A stretch of 38,638 bases of DNA. It comes from Macrostomum lignano. Lineage: Eukaryota. Shown here piece by piece: positions 22,251 to 34,200 of this stretch (its first letter is position 1; the number at the start of each line of letters is the position of its first letter). A model generated the notes under the pieces. The model did not search any database and was not told the DNA's origin. It saw only the letters and a program-made list of their open reading frames with translations. The stretch lies in contig NIVC01004666.1 in the NCBI GenBank assembly GCA_002269645.1, positions 1-38,638 of the forward strand, read 5' to 3'. The position numbers were made by a program, and so were the translations under genes.

Positions 22251-22561
22251 CTGTAGCCCAGTGTAGTGTAGCACAGCCATTGGCGGAAACTAATAGAACA
22301 AAAGCAATCTAGTGCGGCCCCCCTTGGGGGCGCCCAATAAGAACGAAGCAAAAATAGTTTATGGAAATCAATGAAAAAGCACATTTTCGTAAAAACCAAG
22401 TCCTTCATCACTTTTAAAATTCACCTTATTCATTTAAAATTGTCATGGACAATAATATTTGCTATGAATCTCTTTTTTTCTAAAATTAACAAACAGACAA
22501 GAAAATATAGCTTTCACAAAGATCACAGTCATTACCCCTAAATAGAAAATATTCCCAAGAC

Positions 22562-23240
22562 AGCAAGCATCCCCCCAGTAGCAAGCACCCGCCTCCAAAA
22601 GTAAACAACCGCAGATAGCAAGCATCCACCCAGATAGCAAGCATCCACCCAGATAGCAAGCATCTGCAGATAGCAAGCATCTGCAGATAGCAAGCATCTT
22701 GCAGATAGCAAGCATCTTGCAGATAGCAAGCATCCCCCAAATAGAAGCATCCCCCGGATAAAAGCATCCACCCAGATAGCAAGCATCCCCCAAATAATGT
22801 AGAAGCATCCTTCCAGATAGCAAGCATCCCCCAAATAATGTAGAAGCATCCTTCCAGATAGCAAGCATCCCCCAAATAATGTAGAAGCATCCTTCCAGAT
22901 AGCAAGCATCCCCCAAATAATGTAGAAGTATCCTTCCAGATAGCAAGCATCCCCCAAATAATGTAGAAGCATCCTTCAAGATAGCAAGCATCCCCCAAAT
23001 ATTGTAGAAGCATCCACCCAGATAGCAAGCATCCCCCAAATAATGTAGAAGCATCCTTCCAGATAGCAAGCATCCCCCAAATAATGTAGAAGCATCCTTC
23101 CAGATAGCAAGCATCCCCAAAATAATGTAGAAGCATCCTTCCAGATAGCAAGCATCCCCCAAATAATGTAGAAGCATCCTTCCAGATAGCAAGCATCCTG
23201 CACATAGCAAGAATCCCTAAATAGCAAGCATCCCTGGATA
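22562..23240. repeat. SatA derivative evolving into a 41-bp dimeric unit
   Basis: Unit GATAGCAAGCATCCCCCAAATAATGTAGAAGCATCCTTCCA; AGAAGCATC recurs at 22801 and 22842. Confidence 0.9.
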
Positions 23241-23276
23241 GAAATAATCCTATACATGTAGCCAAGCGTATCAAGC

Positions 23277-26200
23277 GCAGTAATCCTTGGCTATGGAGTG
23301 AAGTAATCCTTGGTTTATTAAGACCAATAATCTTTGACTTATCGAGTGCAGTAATCCTTGGTTTATTAATAGTAATAATCCTTGGCTTCTCGAGTGCAGT
23401 AATCCTTGGTTTTCCAAGTGCAGTAATCCTTGGTTTATTAAGAGCAATAATCCTTGGCTTATCGAGTGCATTAATCCTTGGTTTATTAATAGCAATAATC
23501 CTTGGCTTCTCGAGTGCAGTAATCCTTGGTTTGCCAAGAGCAATAGTCCTTGGTTTATCGAGTGCAGTAATCCTTAGTTTATTAATAGCAATAATCCTTG
23601 ATTAATCAAGTGCAATAATCCTTGGCTTATCGAGTGCAGTAATCCTTAGTTTATTAATAGCAATAATCCTTGGCTTATCGAGTGCAGTAATCCTAGGTTT
23701 ATTAATAGCAGTAATCCTTGATTAATCAAATGCAGTAATCCTTGGTTTGCCAAGAGCAATAGTCCTTGGTTTATCGAGAGCAGTAATCCTTACTTTATTA
23801 ATAGCAATAGTCCTTGGCTTATCGAGTGCAGTAATCCTTAGTTTATTAATAGCAGTAATCCTTGATTAATCAAGTGCAGTAATCCTTGGTTTATTAATAG
23901 CAATAATCCTTGGCTTATCGAGTGCAGTAATCCTTGGTTTTCCAAGTGCAGTAATCCTTGGTTTATTAATAGCAGTAATCCTTGATTAATCAAATGCAGC
24001 AATCCTTGGTTTGCCAAGAGCAATAGTCCTTGGTTTATCGAGAGCAGTAATCCTTAGTTTATTAAGAGCAATAATCCTTGGCTTATCGAGTGCAGTAATC
24101 CTTGGTTTATTAATAGCAATAATCCTTGGCTTCTCGAGTGCAGTAATCCTTGGTTTTCCAAGTGCAGTAATCCTTGGTTTATTAAGAGCAATAATCCTTG
24201 GCTTCTCGAGTGCAGTAATCCTTGGTTTTCCAAGTGCAGTAATCCTTGGTTTATTAAGAGCAATAATCCTTGGCTTATCGAGTGCAGTAATCCTTGGTTT
24301 GCCAAGAGCAATAGTCCTTGGTTTATCGAGTGCAGTAATCCTTAGTTTATTAATAGCAATAATCCTTGATTAATCAAGTGCAATAATCCTTGGCTTATCA
24401 AGTGCAGTAATCCTTGGTTTATTAATAGCAATAATCCTTGGCTTCTCGAGTGCAGTAATCCTTGGTTTTCCAAGTGCAGTAATCCTTGGTTTATTAAGAG
24501 CAATAATCCTTGGCTTCTCGAGTGCAGTAATCCTTGGTTTTCCAAGTGCAGTAATCCTTGGTTTATTAAGAGCAATAATCCTTGGCTTATCGAGTGCAGT
24601 AATCCTTGGTTTGCCAAGAGCAATAGTACTTGGTTTATCGAGTGCAGTAATCCTTAGTTTATTAATAGCAATAATCCTTGATTAATCAAGTGCAATAATC
24701 CTTGGCTTATCGAGTGCAGTAATCCTTGGTTTTCCAAGTGCAGTAATCCTTGGTTTATTAATAGCAGTAATCCTTGATTAATCAAATGCAGCAATCCTTG
24801 GTTTGCCAAGAGCAATAGTCCTTGGTTTATCGAGAGCAGTAATCCTTAGTTTATTAAGAGCAATAATCCTTGGCTTATCGAGTGCAGTAATCCTTGGTTT
24901 ATTAATAGCAATAATCCTTGGCTTCTCGAGTGCAGTAATCCTTGGTTTTCCAAGTGCAGTAATCCTTGGTTTATTAAGAGCAATAATCCTTGGCTTCTCG
25001 AGTGCAGTAATCCTTGGTTTTCCAAGTGCAGTAATCCTTGGTTTATTAAGAGCAATAATCCTTGGCTTATCGAGTGCAGTAATCCTTGGTTTGCCAAGAG
25101 CAATAGTCCTTGGTTTATCGAGTGCAGTAATCCTTAGTTTATTAATAGCAATAATCCTTGATTAATCAAGTGCAATAATCCTTGGCTTATCAAGTGCAGT
25201 AATCCTTGGTTTATTAATAGCAATAATCCTTGGCTTCTCGAGTGCAGTAATCCTTGGTTTTCCAAGTGCAGTAATCCTTGGTTTATTAAGAGCAATAATC
25301 CTTGGCTTCTCGAGTGCAGTAATCCTTGGTTTTCCAAGTGCAGTAATCCTTGGTTTATTAAGAGCAATAATCCTTGGCTTATCGAGTGCAGTAATCCTTG
25401 GTTTGCCAAGAGCAATAGTACTTGGTTTATCGAGTGCAGTAATCCTTAGTTTATTAATAGCAATAATCCTTGATTAATCAAGTGCAATAATCCTTGGCTT
25501 ATCAAGTGCAGTAATCCTTGGTTTATTAATAGCAATAATCCTTGGCTTATCGAGTGCAGTAATCCTAGGTTTATTAATAGCAGTAATCCTTGATTAATCA
25601 AATGCAGTAATCCTTGGTTTGCCAAGAGCAATAGTCCTTGGTTTATCGAGAGCAGTAATCCTTACTTTATTAATAGCAATAATCCTTGGCTTATCGAGTG
25701 CAGTAATCCTTAGTTTATTAATAGCAGTAATCCTTGATTAATCAAATGCAGTAATCCTTGGTTTATTAAGAGCAATAATCCTTGGCTTATCGAGTGCAGT
25801 AATCCTTAGTTTATTAATAGCAATAATCCTTGATTAATCAAGTGCAGTAATCCTTGGTTTATTAATAGCAATAATCCTTGGCTTATCGAGTGCAGTAATC
25901 CTTGGTTTTCCAAGTGCAGTAATCCTTGGTTTATTAATAGCAGTAATCCTTGATTAATCAAATGCAGCAATCCTTGGTTTGCCAAGAGCAATAGTCCTTG
26001 GTTTATCGAGAGCAGTAATCCTTAGTTTATTAAGAGCAATAATCCTTGGCTTCTCGAGTGCAGTAATCCTTGGTTTTCCAAGTGCAGTAATCCTTGGTTT
26101 ATTAAGAGCAATAATCCTTGGCTTCTCGAGTGCAGTAATCCTTGGTTTTCCAAGTGCAGTAATCCTTGGTTTATTAAGAGCAATAATCCTTGGCTTATCG

Positions 26201-27172
26201 AGTGCAGTAATCCTTGGTTTGCCAAGAGCAATAGTCCTTGGTTTATCGAGTGCAGTAATCCTTAGTTTATTAATAGCAATAATCCTTGATTAATCAAGTG
26301 CAATAATCCTTGGCTTATCAAGTGCAGTAATCCTTGGTTTATTAATAGCAATAATCCTTGGCTTCTCGAGTGCAGTAATCCTTGGTTTTCCAAGTGCAGT
26401 AATCCTTGGTTTATTAAGAGCAATAATCCTTGGCTTCTCGAGTGCAGTAATCCTTGGTTTTCCAAGTGCAGTAATCCTTGGTTTATTAAGAGCAATAATC
26501 CTTGGCTTATCGAGTGCAGTAATCCTTGGTTTGCCAAGAGCAATAGTACTTGGTTTATCGAGTGCAGTAATCCTTAGTTTATTAATAGCAATAATCCTTG
26601 ATTAATCAAGTGCAATACTCCTTGGCTTATCAAGTGCAGTAATCCTTGGTTTATTAATAGCAATAATCCTTGGCTTATCGAGTGCAGTAATCCTAGGTTT
26701 ATTAATAGCAGTAATCCTTGATTAATCAAATGCAGTAATCCTTGGTTTGCCAAGAGCAATAGTCCTTGGTTTATCGAGAGCAGTAATCCTTACTTTATTA
26801 ATAGCAATAATCCTTGGCTTATCGAGTGCAGTAATCCTAGGTTTATTAATAGCAGTAATCCTTGATTAATCAAATGCAGTAATCCTTGGTTTGCCAAGAG
26901 CAATAGTCCTTGGTTTATCGAGAGCAGTAATCCTTACTTTATTAATAGCAATAATCCTTGGCTTATCGAGTGCAGTAATCCTTGGTTTATTAATAGCAAT
27001 AATCCTTGGCTTATCGAGTGCAGTAATCCTTGGTTTATTAAGAGCAATAATTCTTGGCTTATCGAGTGCAGTAATCCTTAGTTTATTAATAGCAATAATC
27101 CTTGATTAATCAAGTGCAGTAATCCTTGGTTTATTAATAGCAATAATCCTTGGCTTATCGAGTGCAGTAATC
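23277..27172. repeat. 24-bp minisatellite D (GCAGTAATCCTTGGTTT-based), about 160 units, with 792-bp block duplication
   Basis: Tandem units; identical ORFs recur at offsets 792 (33x24) and 1968 (82x24). Confidence 0.95.
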
Positions 27173-27270
27173 TAAGTTTTGTTTTATTAAACGACTAAAT
27201 GTTTTATTAAAGAACTAAATATTTAATAAAAGCTTTTAATAAAAATTTTTACACTACTACTTTTAAACTA

Positions 27271-27333
27271 CTTAGATTCGAAACCAGGTCGCTGCATTAG
27301 CAGTCTCGTCTGTTCAGCTCTAGGCTAGCTCTC
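27271..27333 (-). pseudogene. tRNA-derived Pol III unit remnant in El6
   Basis: Minus strand TAGCCTAGAGC...GACTGCTAATG...TGGTTTCGAATC, followed by T5. Confidence 0.55.
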
Positions 27334-27816
27334 ATCGAAGTTATCAGTGAATTTGTACCACTTATATAATTCAACACTCACACCAAGTCAGTTAGAGTAA
27401 AAAGTCACACGAAGCAGTTATGACATAATCAATTTCTTAGGCAAGTCATTACCAGTGTCTATGAAAGTTAACAAATGGTAACGTAATATAAATTGGGTAC
27501 TGCGCTATGCTTTCACACTCAAAGCTGTGACGCAATTCAATTGAGTGTCAAATTCAGCCAGTACACAGACGATAAATAAAGTGTATTGTGATGCAATCTA
27601 TTTCAGAATCAGAATTCAACCAGTCAGTTTTTCTGCTAGCATTCTTACAATGCATTTCGATGCTTGACCTTTGCAAAAAAGCATGTTTTTCGAATATTTA
27701 ATCCCTTTAGCATCGAGCAATTTCTTAGCCACGATGCATGTACCGTCACGGAAAAATTTCTGATCGAATGGTGCAAGTTCGAAGAAAATCGGTTGAGCCG
27801 TTTTTGCTAAAATCGA

Positions 27817-27817
<1 letters not shown>

Positions 27818-27851
<34 letters not shown>
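27818..27851. repeat. (CA)n microsatellite near the 5' end of El6
   Basis: Directly visible. Confidence 0.95.
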
Positions 27852-27854
<3 letters not shown>

Positions 27855-27879
27855 CGACAGACCATTTTTAGTATATGGA

Positions 27880-29765
27880 CTAGCAATCTTCGCCCCCCGT
27901 TGGGGGATATCTGGATAGAATCTCTGTTCTCTACAAGTAACAAAAAGACAGCCAAATAAAGCCTTCACAAAGACAACACAAAAAACTGCTCAAATAAAGT
28001 GTAATGCAAAAAGAAATCATCTCAAGACAGCAAGCATCCCCCAGATTGCAAGCATCCCTCAAATAGCAAGCATCCCCCAGATAGCAAGCATCCCCCAGAT
28101 AGCAAGCATCCCCCAGATAGCAAGCGTCCCCCAGATAGCAAGCATCCCCCAGATAGCAAGCATTCCCCAGATAGCAAGCATCCCCCAAATAGCAAGCATC
28201 CCCCAAATAGCAAGCATCCCCCAGATAGCAAGCATCCCCCAGATAGCAAGCATCCCCCAGATAGCAAGCATCCCCCAAATAGCAAGCATCCCCCAGATAG
28301 CAAGCATCCCCCAAATAGCAAGCATCCCCCAGATAGGAAGCATCCCCCCTCCCAGATAGCAAACATCCCCCAGATAGCAAGCATCCCCCAGATAGCAAGC
28401 ATCCCCCAAATAGCAAGCATCCCCCAGATAGCAAGCATCCCCCAAATAGCAAGCATCCCCCAGATAGGAAGCATCCCCCCTCCCAGATAGCAAGCATCCC
28501 CCAGATAGCAAGCATCCCCAAATAGTAAGCATCCACCAGACAATAAGTAGCTAGTGCAACAATTTCCTTAGCTCTATAGTGGCTCCTTAAAAATTGACAT
28601 GACGCTTACTTTTACGTTTGAAATTGTTTCTTATGTTTGACATGGTGGCTCTTTAATGTTCGACATGGTGTCTCTTTAATGTTTGACATGGTGGTCCTTT
28701 TATGTTTGACATGGTGGCTCTTTAATTTTTGACATGGTGGCTCCTTTATGTTTGGCATGATGGCCCTTTAATGTTCTACATGGTAGCTCTTTTATTTTCG
28801 ACATGGTGGCACTTTAATGTTTGGCATGATGGCTCTTTGATGTTGGACATGGTGGTCCTTTTATGTTTGACGTGATGGCTCTTTAATGTTTGACCTGGTG
28901 GCACCTTAATGTCTGTAATGATGGCTCTTTAATGTTTGAAATGGTGGCTCTTTAATATTTGACATGGTGGCTCTTTAATGTTTGACATGGTGGCTCTTTA
29001 ATGTTCGACATGGTGGCTCTTTAATGTTCGACATGGTGGCTTTTTAATGTTCGACATGGTGGCTCTTAAATGTTAGACATGGTGGCTCTTTAATGTTCGA
29101 CATGGTGGCTCTTTAATGGTCGACATGGTGGCTCTTTACTGGTCGACATGGTGGCTCTTTAATGTTTGACATTGTGCTTTTTTGTGTTTAGCATTTTGTG
29201 TTTTTAAGGTTTTTGAATAAAAAAATCTTTTTGCACTACTAAGATTCGAACCCAGATCGCTGCATTAGCAGTCCAGTCTGTTCGCATCTATGCTATCTCT
29301 TTTCAATTGGAGATCATGAATTGTGGCCCTTATAATTAAATTCTTATAGCAAATCGGTTAGAGTAAAAAGTAATGACATAATCAATTTCTCAGTCAGCCA
29401 GTATCAGTGTCAATTCAAGTTAGCAATATTGTTACGCAATTTAAATCAAGTTTTGTGTGCATTTGTTCGGCACTGTTTTCAACTGGTTGTGATGTAATCT
29501 TTATCACAATTGGAATTCAGTCAGTCAGTTTTTTCTCTAGCATTCTTACAATGCATTTCAGGTCGAAAGAGCTGCTTGACCTTTGCAAAAAAGCATGTTT
29601 TTCGAATATTTAATCCCTTTAATATTGAGCAATTTCTTAGCCAGGATGCATGTACCGTGCCAGGAAATTTCTGATCAAATGGTGCAAGTTTGAAGAAAAT
29701 CGGTTGAGCCAATTTTTCTGAAATCTATCGCATACCGACAGACAACTCATTTTTAGTATATTGGA
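27880..29765 (-). mobile_element. Non-autonomous Helitron El7 (1886 bp) with short satA and satB arrays
   Basis: CTAG|TC junctions at both ends (27880/27879 and 29766/29765). Hairpin CCCCCC-GTT-GGGGG. SatA at 28031-28540, satB at 28631-29180. Confidence 0.9.
29239..29299 (-). pseudogene. tRNA-derived Pol III unit remnant in El7 (best preserved copy)
   Basis: Minus strand GAGATAGCATAGATGCGAACAGACTGGACTGCTAATGCAGCGATCTGGGTTCGAATC, followed by T7. Confidence 0.65.
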
Positions 29766-31240
29766 CTAGCAATCTACGCCCCCGTTGGGGAGCCAAAGAA
29801 ATGCAATACACGTATTTTTAATAAGCTACATGTAGCCTTGAAATCTTAAAAAATCTCCTGTCAAAATTCTAACCCTAACCAAAACCCTAAATTCAATATT
29901 TTGTCCATGAGTTTTTGCATGATCGATGCTTCTATGATTTTTGGCATGACGCTTCCATTGTTTTTGCATGACGCTTCCATTATTTTTGCATGATGCTTCC
30001 ATGATAAACATTTTTAATAAGCTAAATGAGTTAAGTTATAAGCTACCCTAACCCTAACCCTAACCCGAATCTTAACGCAATAACCCTGAACCTAACCCTA
30101 AACCTAAACCCTAATACCAACCCTAACACTAACCCTACAGCCTGACATCTGCATAAGTTTGTGAAGAGCTAGTAGTATTTTTTAGCTTAGTATCTTAGCG
30201 TTAGGGAGCCAAAAATACAGTACAAGTTTTGTAATAAACTACATGTAGCATCTCTTTGCAATTTACCTCAGAAGTCCCTTGTAAGCCTTGAAATGTCAGT
30301 AATTCCCCCCACAAGCTTTAACAAATCAACTCCCCCCTTGACATCTCAGCGATGCCCCAAATAAGCCTTGAAGTCTAAAAAAATCTGTCAACCTTCTTAC
30401 CCTAACCCTAGCCTAACCCTAACCCTAACCCTAGCCTAACCCTAACCCTAACACTAACCTAACCCTAAAGCATTGAAATTTCAGTAATTCTGAGTCATTA
30501 TAGCACTACTACAGCGTTATAGCGATTCCCTCGTAGGGATTCCCAAATGAATCTCTTCGCTTCGACATGAAGCTTCTTTTATTTTTTACATTATGCTTTT
30601 TCTATCAGTGAGCCCTGAGGAGCCAACAAAAAATGTAATAAAAAGTTTTCATTAAACTACATGTAGCTTCTGACTTTAGCCTTGAAATCTCATTTATACC
30701 CCCGTGAGCCTTCACATCTCAGCTATTCCCCCCGTAAGCCTTGACATGTCAGCGATGCCCCCCATAAATCTTGAAATCTAAAAAAATCCCCTGTTAACCT
30801 TGAAACCCGATAAAATATAACCCTCAACCCACACCTGACCTAAACCTAACTTTAACCCAACCTAAAGCCTTGAAATCTCAGCAATTCTTCTCCCCTAAGC
30901 CTTGACATTTTAGTGTTTCCTTCTTTAAGAATCACAGCACTATAACGATTTCCACCAAGCTTTGACATTGTAGCAATTCCCAAATGAATCTTTTAACTTC
31001 GACATGACTTTTCTTATATGTATACATAGTGCTACTTTTATTTTTTACATGACTCTGCTTCTATCAGCGCCCCCCCTGTGGCGAGCCAACAATGAATGTA
31101 ATAAAAATTGAGTAAAGTACATGAACTTTGAAGTAGCTTCTGACTTTTGCTTTGACATCTCAGAAACCCCCCCCCCACCTGTAATCTCAGTTATTCTCTG
31201 TGAGCCTTGACGTCTCAGTAATTCTCCCCAGCACAGCACT
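29766..31240. repeat. Four diverged ~415-460-bp units with interspersed (CCCTAA)n-like tracts
   Basis: GAGCCAA...TACATG anchors at ~29790, 30205, 30619 and 31083. CCCTAA-like runs at ~29870, 30048-30135, 30398-30468 and 30817-30865. Confidence 0.7.
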
Positions 31241-31299
31241 GTACTATAGCTTCATTTAATTTTTATATGACACCTTTAATGTCTGACATGGCGCTTCTT

Positions 31300-34200
31300 T
31301 TGATTTTTACATGACGCTTCTTTTTTTCTTCCATTATTCTTCTTAATTTTTTAAATGACACTTTCATTAGTTTTTATATGAGGCTTCTATGATTGTTTGC
31401 ATGACGCTTCTATGATTTTACCATGACGCTTCTATTATTGTTTGCATGACGCTTCTATGATTTTTACATGACGCAACTATGATTTTTTAAATGACGCTTT
31501 TATGATTTTTTACATGACGCTTTTATGATTTTTTACATGACGCTTCTATGCTTGTTTACATGACGCTTCTATGCTTGTTTACATGACGCTTCTATGATTG
31601 TTTACATGACGCTTCTATGATTGTTTACATGACTCTTCTATGATTGTTTACATGAAGCTTCTATGATTGTTTACATGACGCTTCTATGATTTTTTACATG
31701 ACGCTTCTATGATTGTTTACATGACGCTTCTATGATTGTTTACATGACGCTTCTATGGTTTCTTTATGACGCTTCTATGATTGTTTACATGACGCTTCTA
31801 TGATTGTTTACATGACGCTTCTTTGATTTTTACATGACGCTTCTATGCTTGTTTACATGACGCTTCTTTGATTTTTTTACATGACGCTTTTATGATTGTT
31901 TACATGACGCTTCTATGATTGTTTACATGACGCTTCTTTGATTTTTACATGACGCTTCTATGCTTGTTTACATGACGCTTCTTTGATTTTTTTACATGAC
32001 GCTTCTATGATTTTTACATGACGCTTCTATGATTGTTTACATGACGCTTCTATGATTTTTTACATGACGCTTTTATGCTTTTTTTACATGACGCTTCTAT
32101 GATTTTTTCATGACGCTTCTATGATTGTTTACATGACGCTTTTATGCTTTTTTTACATGACGCTTCTATGATTGTTTACATGACGCTTCTATGATTGTTT
32201 ACATGACGCTTCTATGATTTTTTACATGACGCTTCTATGATTTTTACATGACGCTTCTATGATTTTTACATGACGCTTCTATGATTTTTTCATGACGCTT
32301 CTATGATTTTTACATGACGCTTCTATGATTGTTTACATGACGCTTCTATGATTTTTACATGACGCTTCTATGATTTTTACATGACGCTTCTATGATTTTT
32401 TCATGACGCTTCTATGATTTTTACATGACGCTTCTATGATTGTTTACATGACGCTTCTATGATTTTTACATGACGCTTCTATGATTTTTACATGACGCTT
32501 CTATGATTTTTACATGACGCTTTTATGATTTTTTACATGACGCTTCTACGATTTTGGCAGGACGATTCTATGATTTTACATGACGCTTCTATGATTTTTT
32601 ACATGACGCTTCTATGATTGTTTCATGACGCTTCTATGATTTTTACATGATGCTTCTACGATTTCTGCAGGACGCTTCTATGATTTTTACATGACGCTTC
32701 CATGATTTTTTACATGACACTTCTATGATTTTTTGCATGACGCTTCCATGATTTTTTCATGACGCTTCTGTGATTGTTTATATGACGCTTCTATGCTTTT
32801 TATATGACGCTTCTATGATTGTTTACATGACGCTTCTATGCTTTTTATATGACGATTCTATGATTTTTACATGACGCTTCTATGATTGTTTACGTGACGT
32901 TTCTATGATTTTTTCATGACGCTCCTATGTTTTTTTCATGACGCTTCTATGATTTTTTCATGACGCTTCTATGATTTTTACATGACGCTACTATGATTTT
33001 TACATGACGCTTCCATGATTTTTTACATGACGCTTCTATGCTTTTTACATGACGCTTCTATGATTATTTCATGACGCTTCTACGATATCTGCAGGACGCT
33101 TCTATGATTGTTTACATGACGCTTCTATGATTTTTACATGACGCTTCTATGATTTTTTCATGACGCTCCTATGTTTTTTTCATGACGCTTCTATGATTTT
33201 TTCATGACGCTTCTATGATTTTTTACATGACGCTTCTATGATTTTTTACATGACGCTTCCATGATTTTTTACATGACACTTCTATGATTTTTTCATGACG
33301 CTTCTATGATTTTTACATGACGCTTCCATGATTTTTTACATGACACTTCTATGATTTTTTGCATGACGCTTCCCTGATTTTTTACATGACGCTTCTATGA
33401 TTTTTTACATGACGCTTCTATGATTGTTTACATGACGCTTCTATGATTTTTTACATGACGCTTCTATGATTGTTTACATGACGCTTCTATGATTTTTTAC
33501 ATGACGCTTCTATGATATTTTCATGACGCTTCTATGATTTTTTACATGACGCTTCTATGATACTTTCATGACGCTTCCACGATTTTTTACATGACGCTTC
33601 TATGATTTTTACATGATGCTTCTACGATTTCTGCAGGACGCTTCTATGATTTTTTACATGACGCTTCTATGATTTTTTACATGACGCTTCTATGATTTTT
33701 ACATGATGCTTCTACGATTTCTGCAGGACGCTTCTATGATTTTTTCATGACGCTCCTATGATTTTTTCATGACGCTTCCATGATTTTTTACATGACGCTT
33801 CTATGATTGTTTACATGAAGCTTCTATGATTGTTTACATGACGCTTCTATGATTTTTTACATGACGCTTCTATGATTGTTTACATGACGCTTCTATGATT
33901 GTTTACATGACGCTTCTATGGTTTCTTTATGACGCTTCTATGATTGTTTACATGACGCTTCTATGATTGTTTACATGACGCTTCTTTGATTTTTACATGA
34001 CGCTTCTATGCTTGTTTACATGACGCTTCTTTGATTTTTTTACATGACGCTTTTATGATTGTTTACATGACGCTTCTATGATTGTTTACATGACGCTTCT
34101 TTGATTTTTACATGACGCTTCTATGCTTGTTTACATGACGCTTCTTTGATTTTTTTACATGACGCTTCTATGATTTTTACATGACGCTTCTATGATTGTT

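Larger units (their letters stand above)
22309..27879 (-). mobile_element. Non-autonomous Helitron El6 (~5.6 kb) carrying 41-bp and 24-bp satellites
   Basis: 5' end TCCATATACTAAAAA at 27879. Variant 3' end GCGCCCCCAAGGGGGGCCGCACTAG at 22309, followed by A rather than the canonical T. Confidence 0.75.

Noticed and set aside
9291-28543. Dozens of ORFs with GCLLSG, DACYLG, PQIASI, KSHHVKH, NQGLL and SAVILG repeats
   Set aside because: They are translations of satA, satB and satD, open in several frames and on both strands because the units lack stops; frequent indels show no frame constraint.
29239-29299. Functional tRNA-Ser(GCT) gene
   Set aside because: The anticodon stem has a mismatch, the long variable arm of Ser tRNAs is missing and no convincing acceptor stem forms. 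Kept only as a tRNA-derived remnant.
29860-30870. True telomere or chromosome end
   Set aside because: The CCCTAA runs are short, degenerate and internal to a Helitron.
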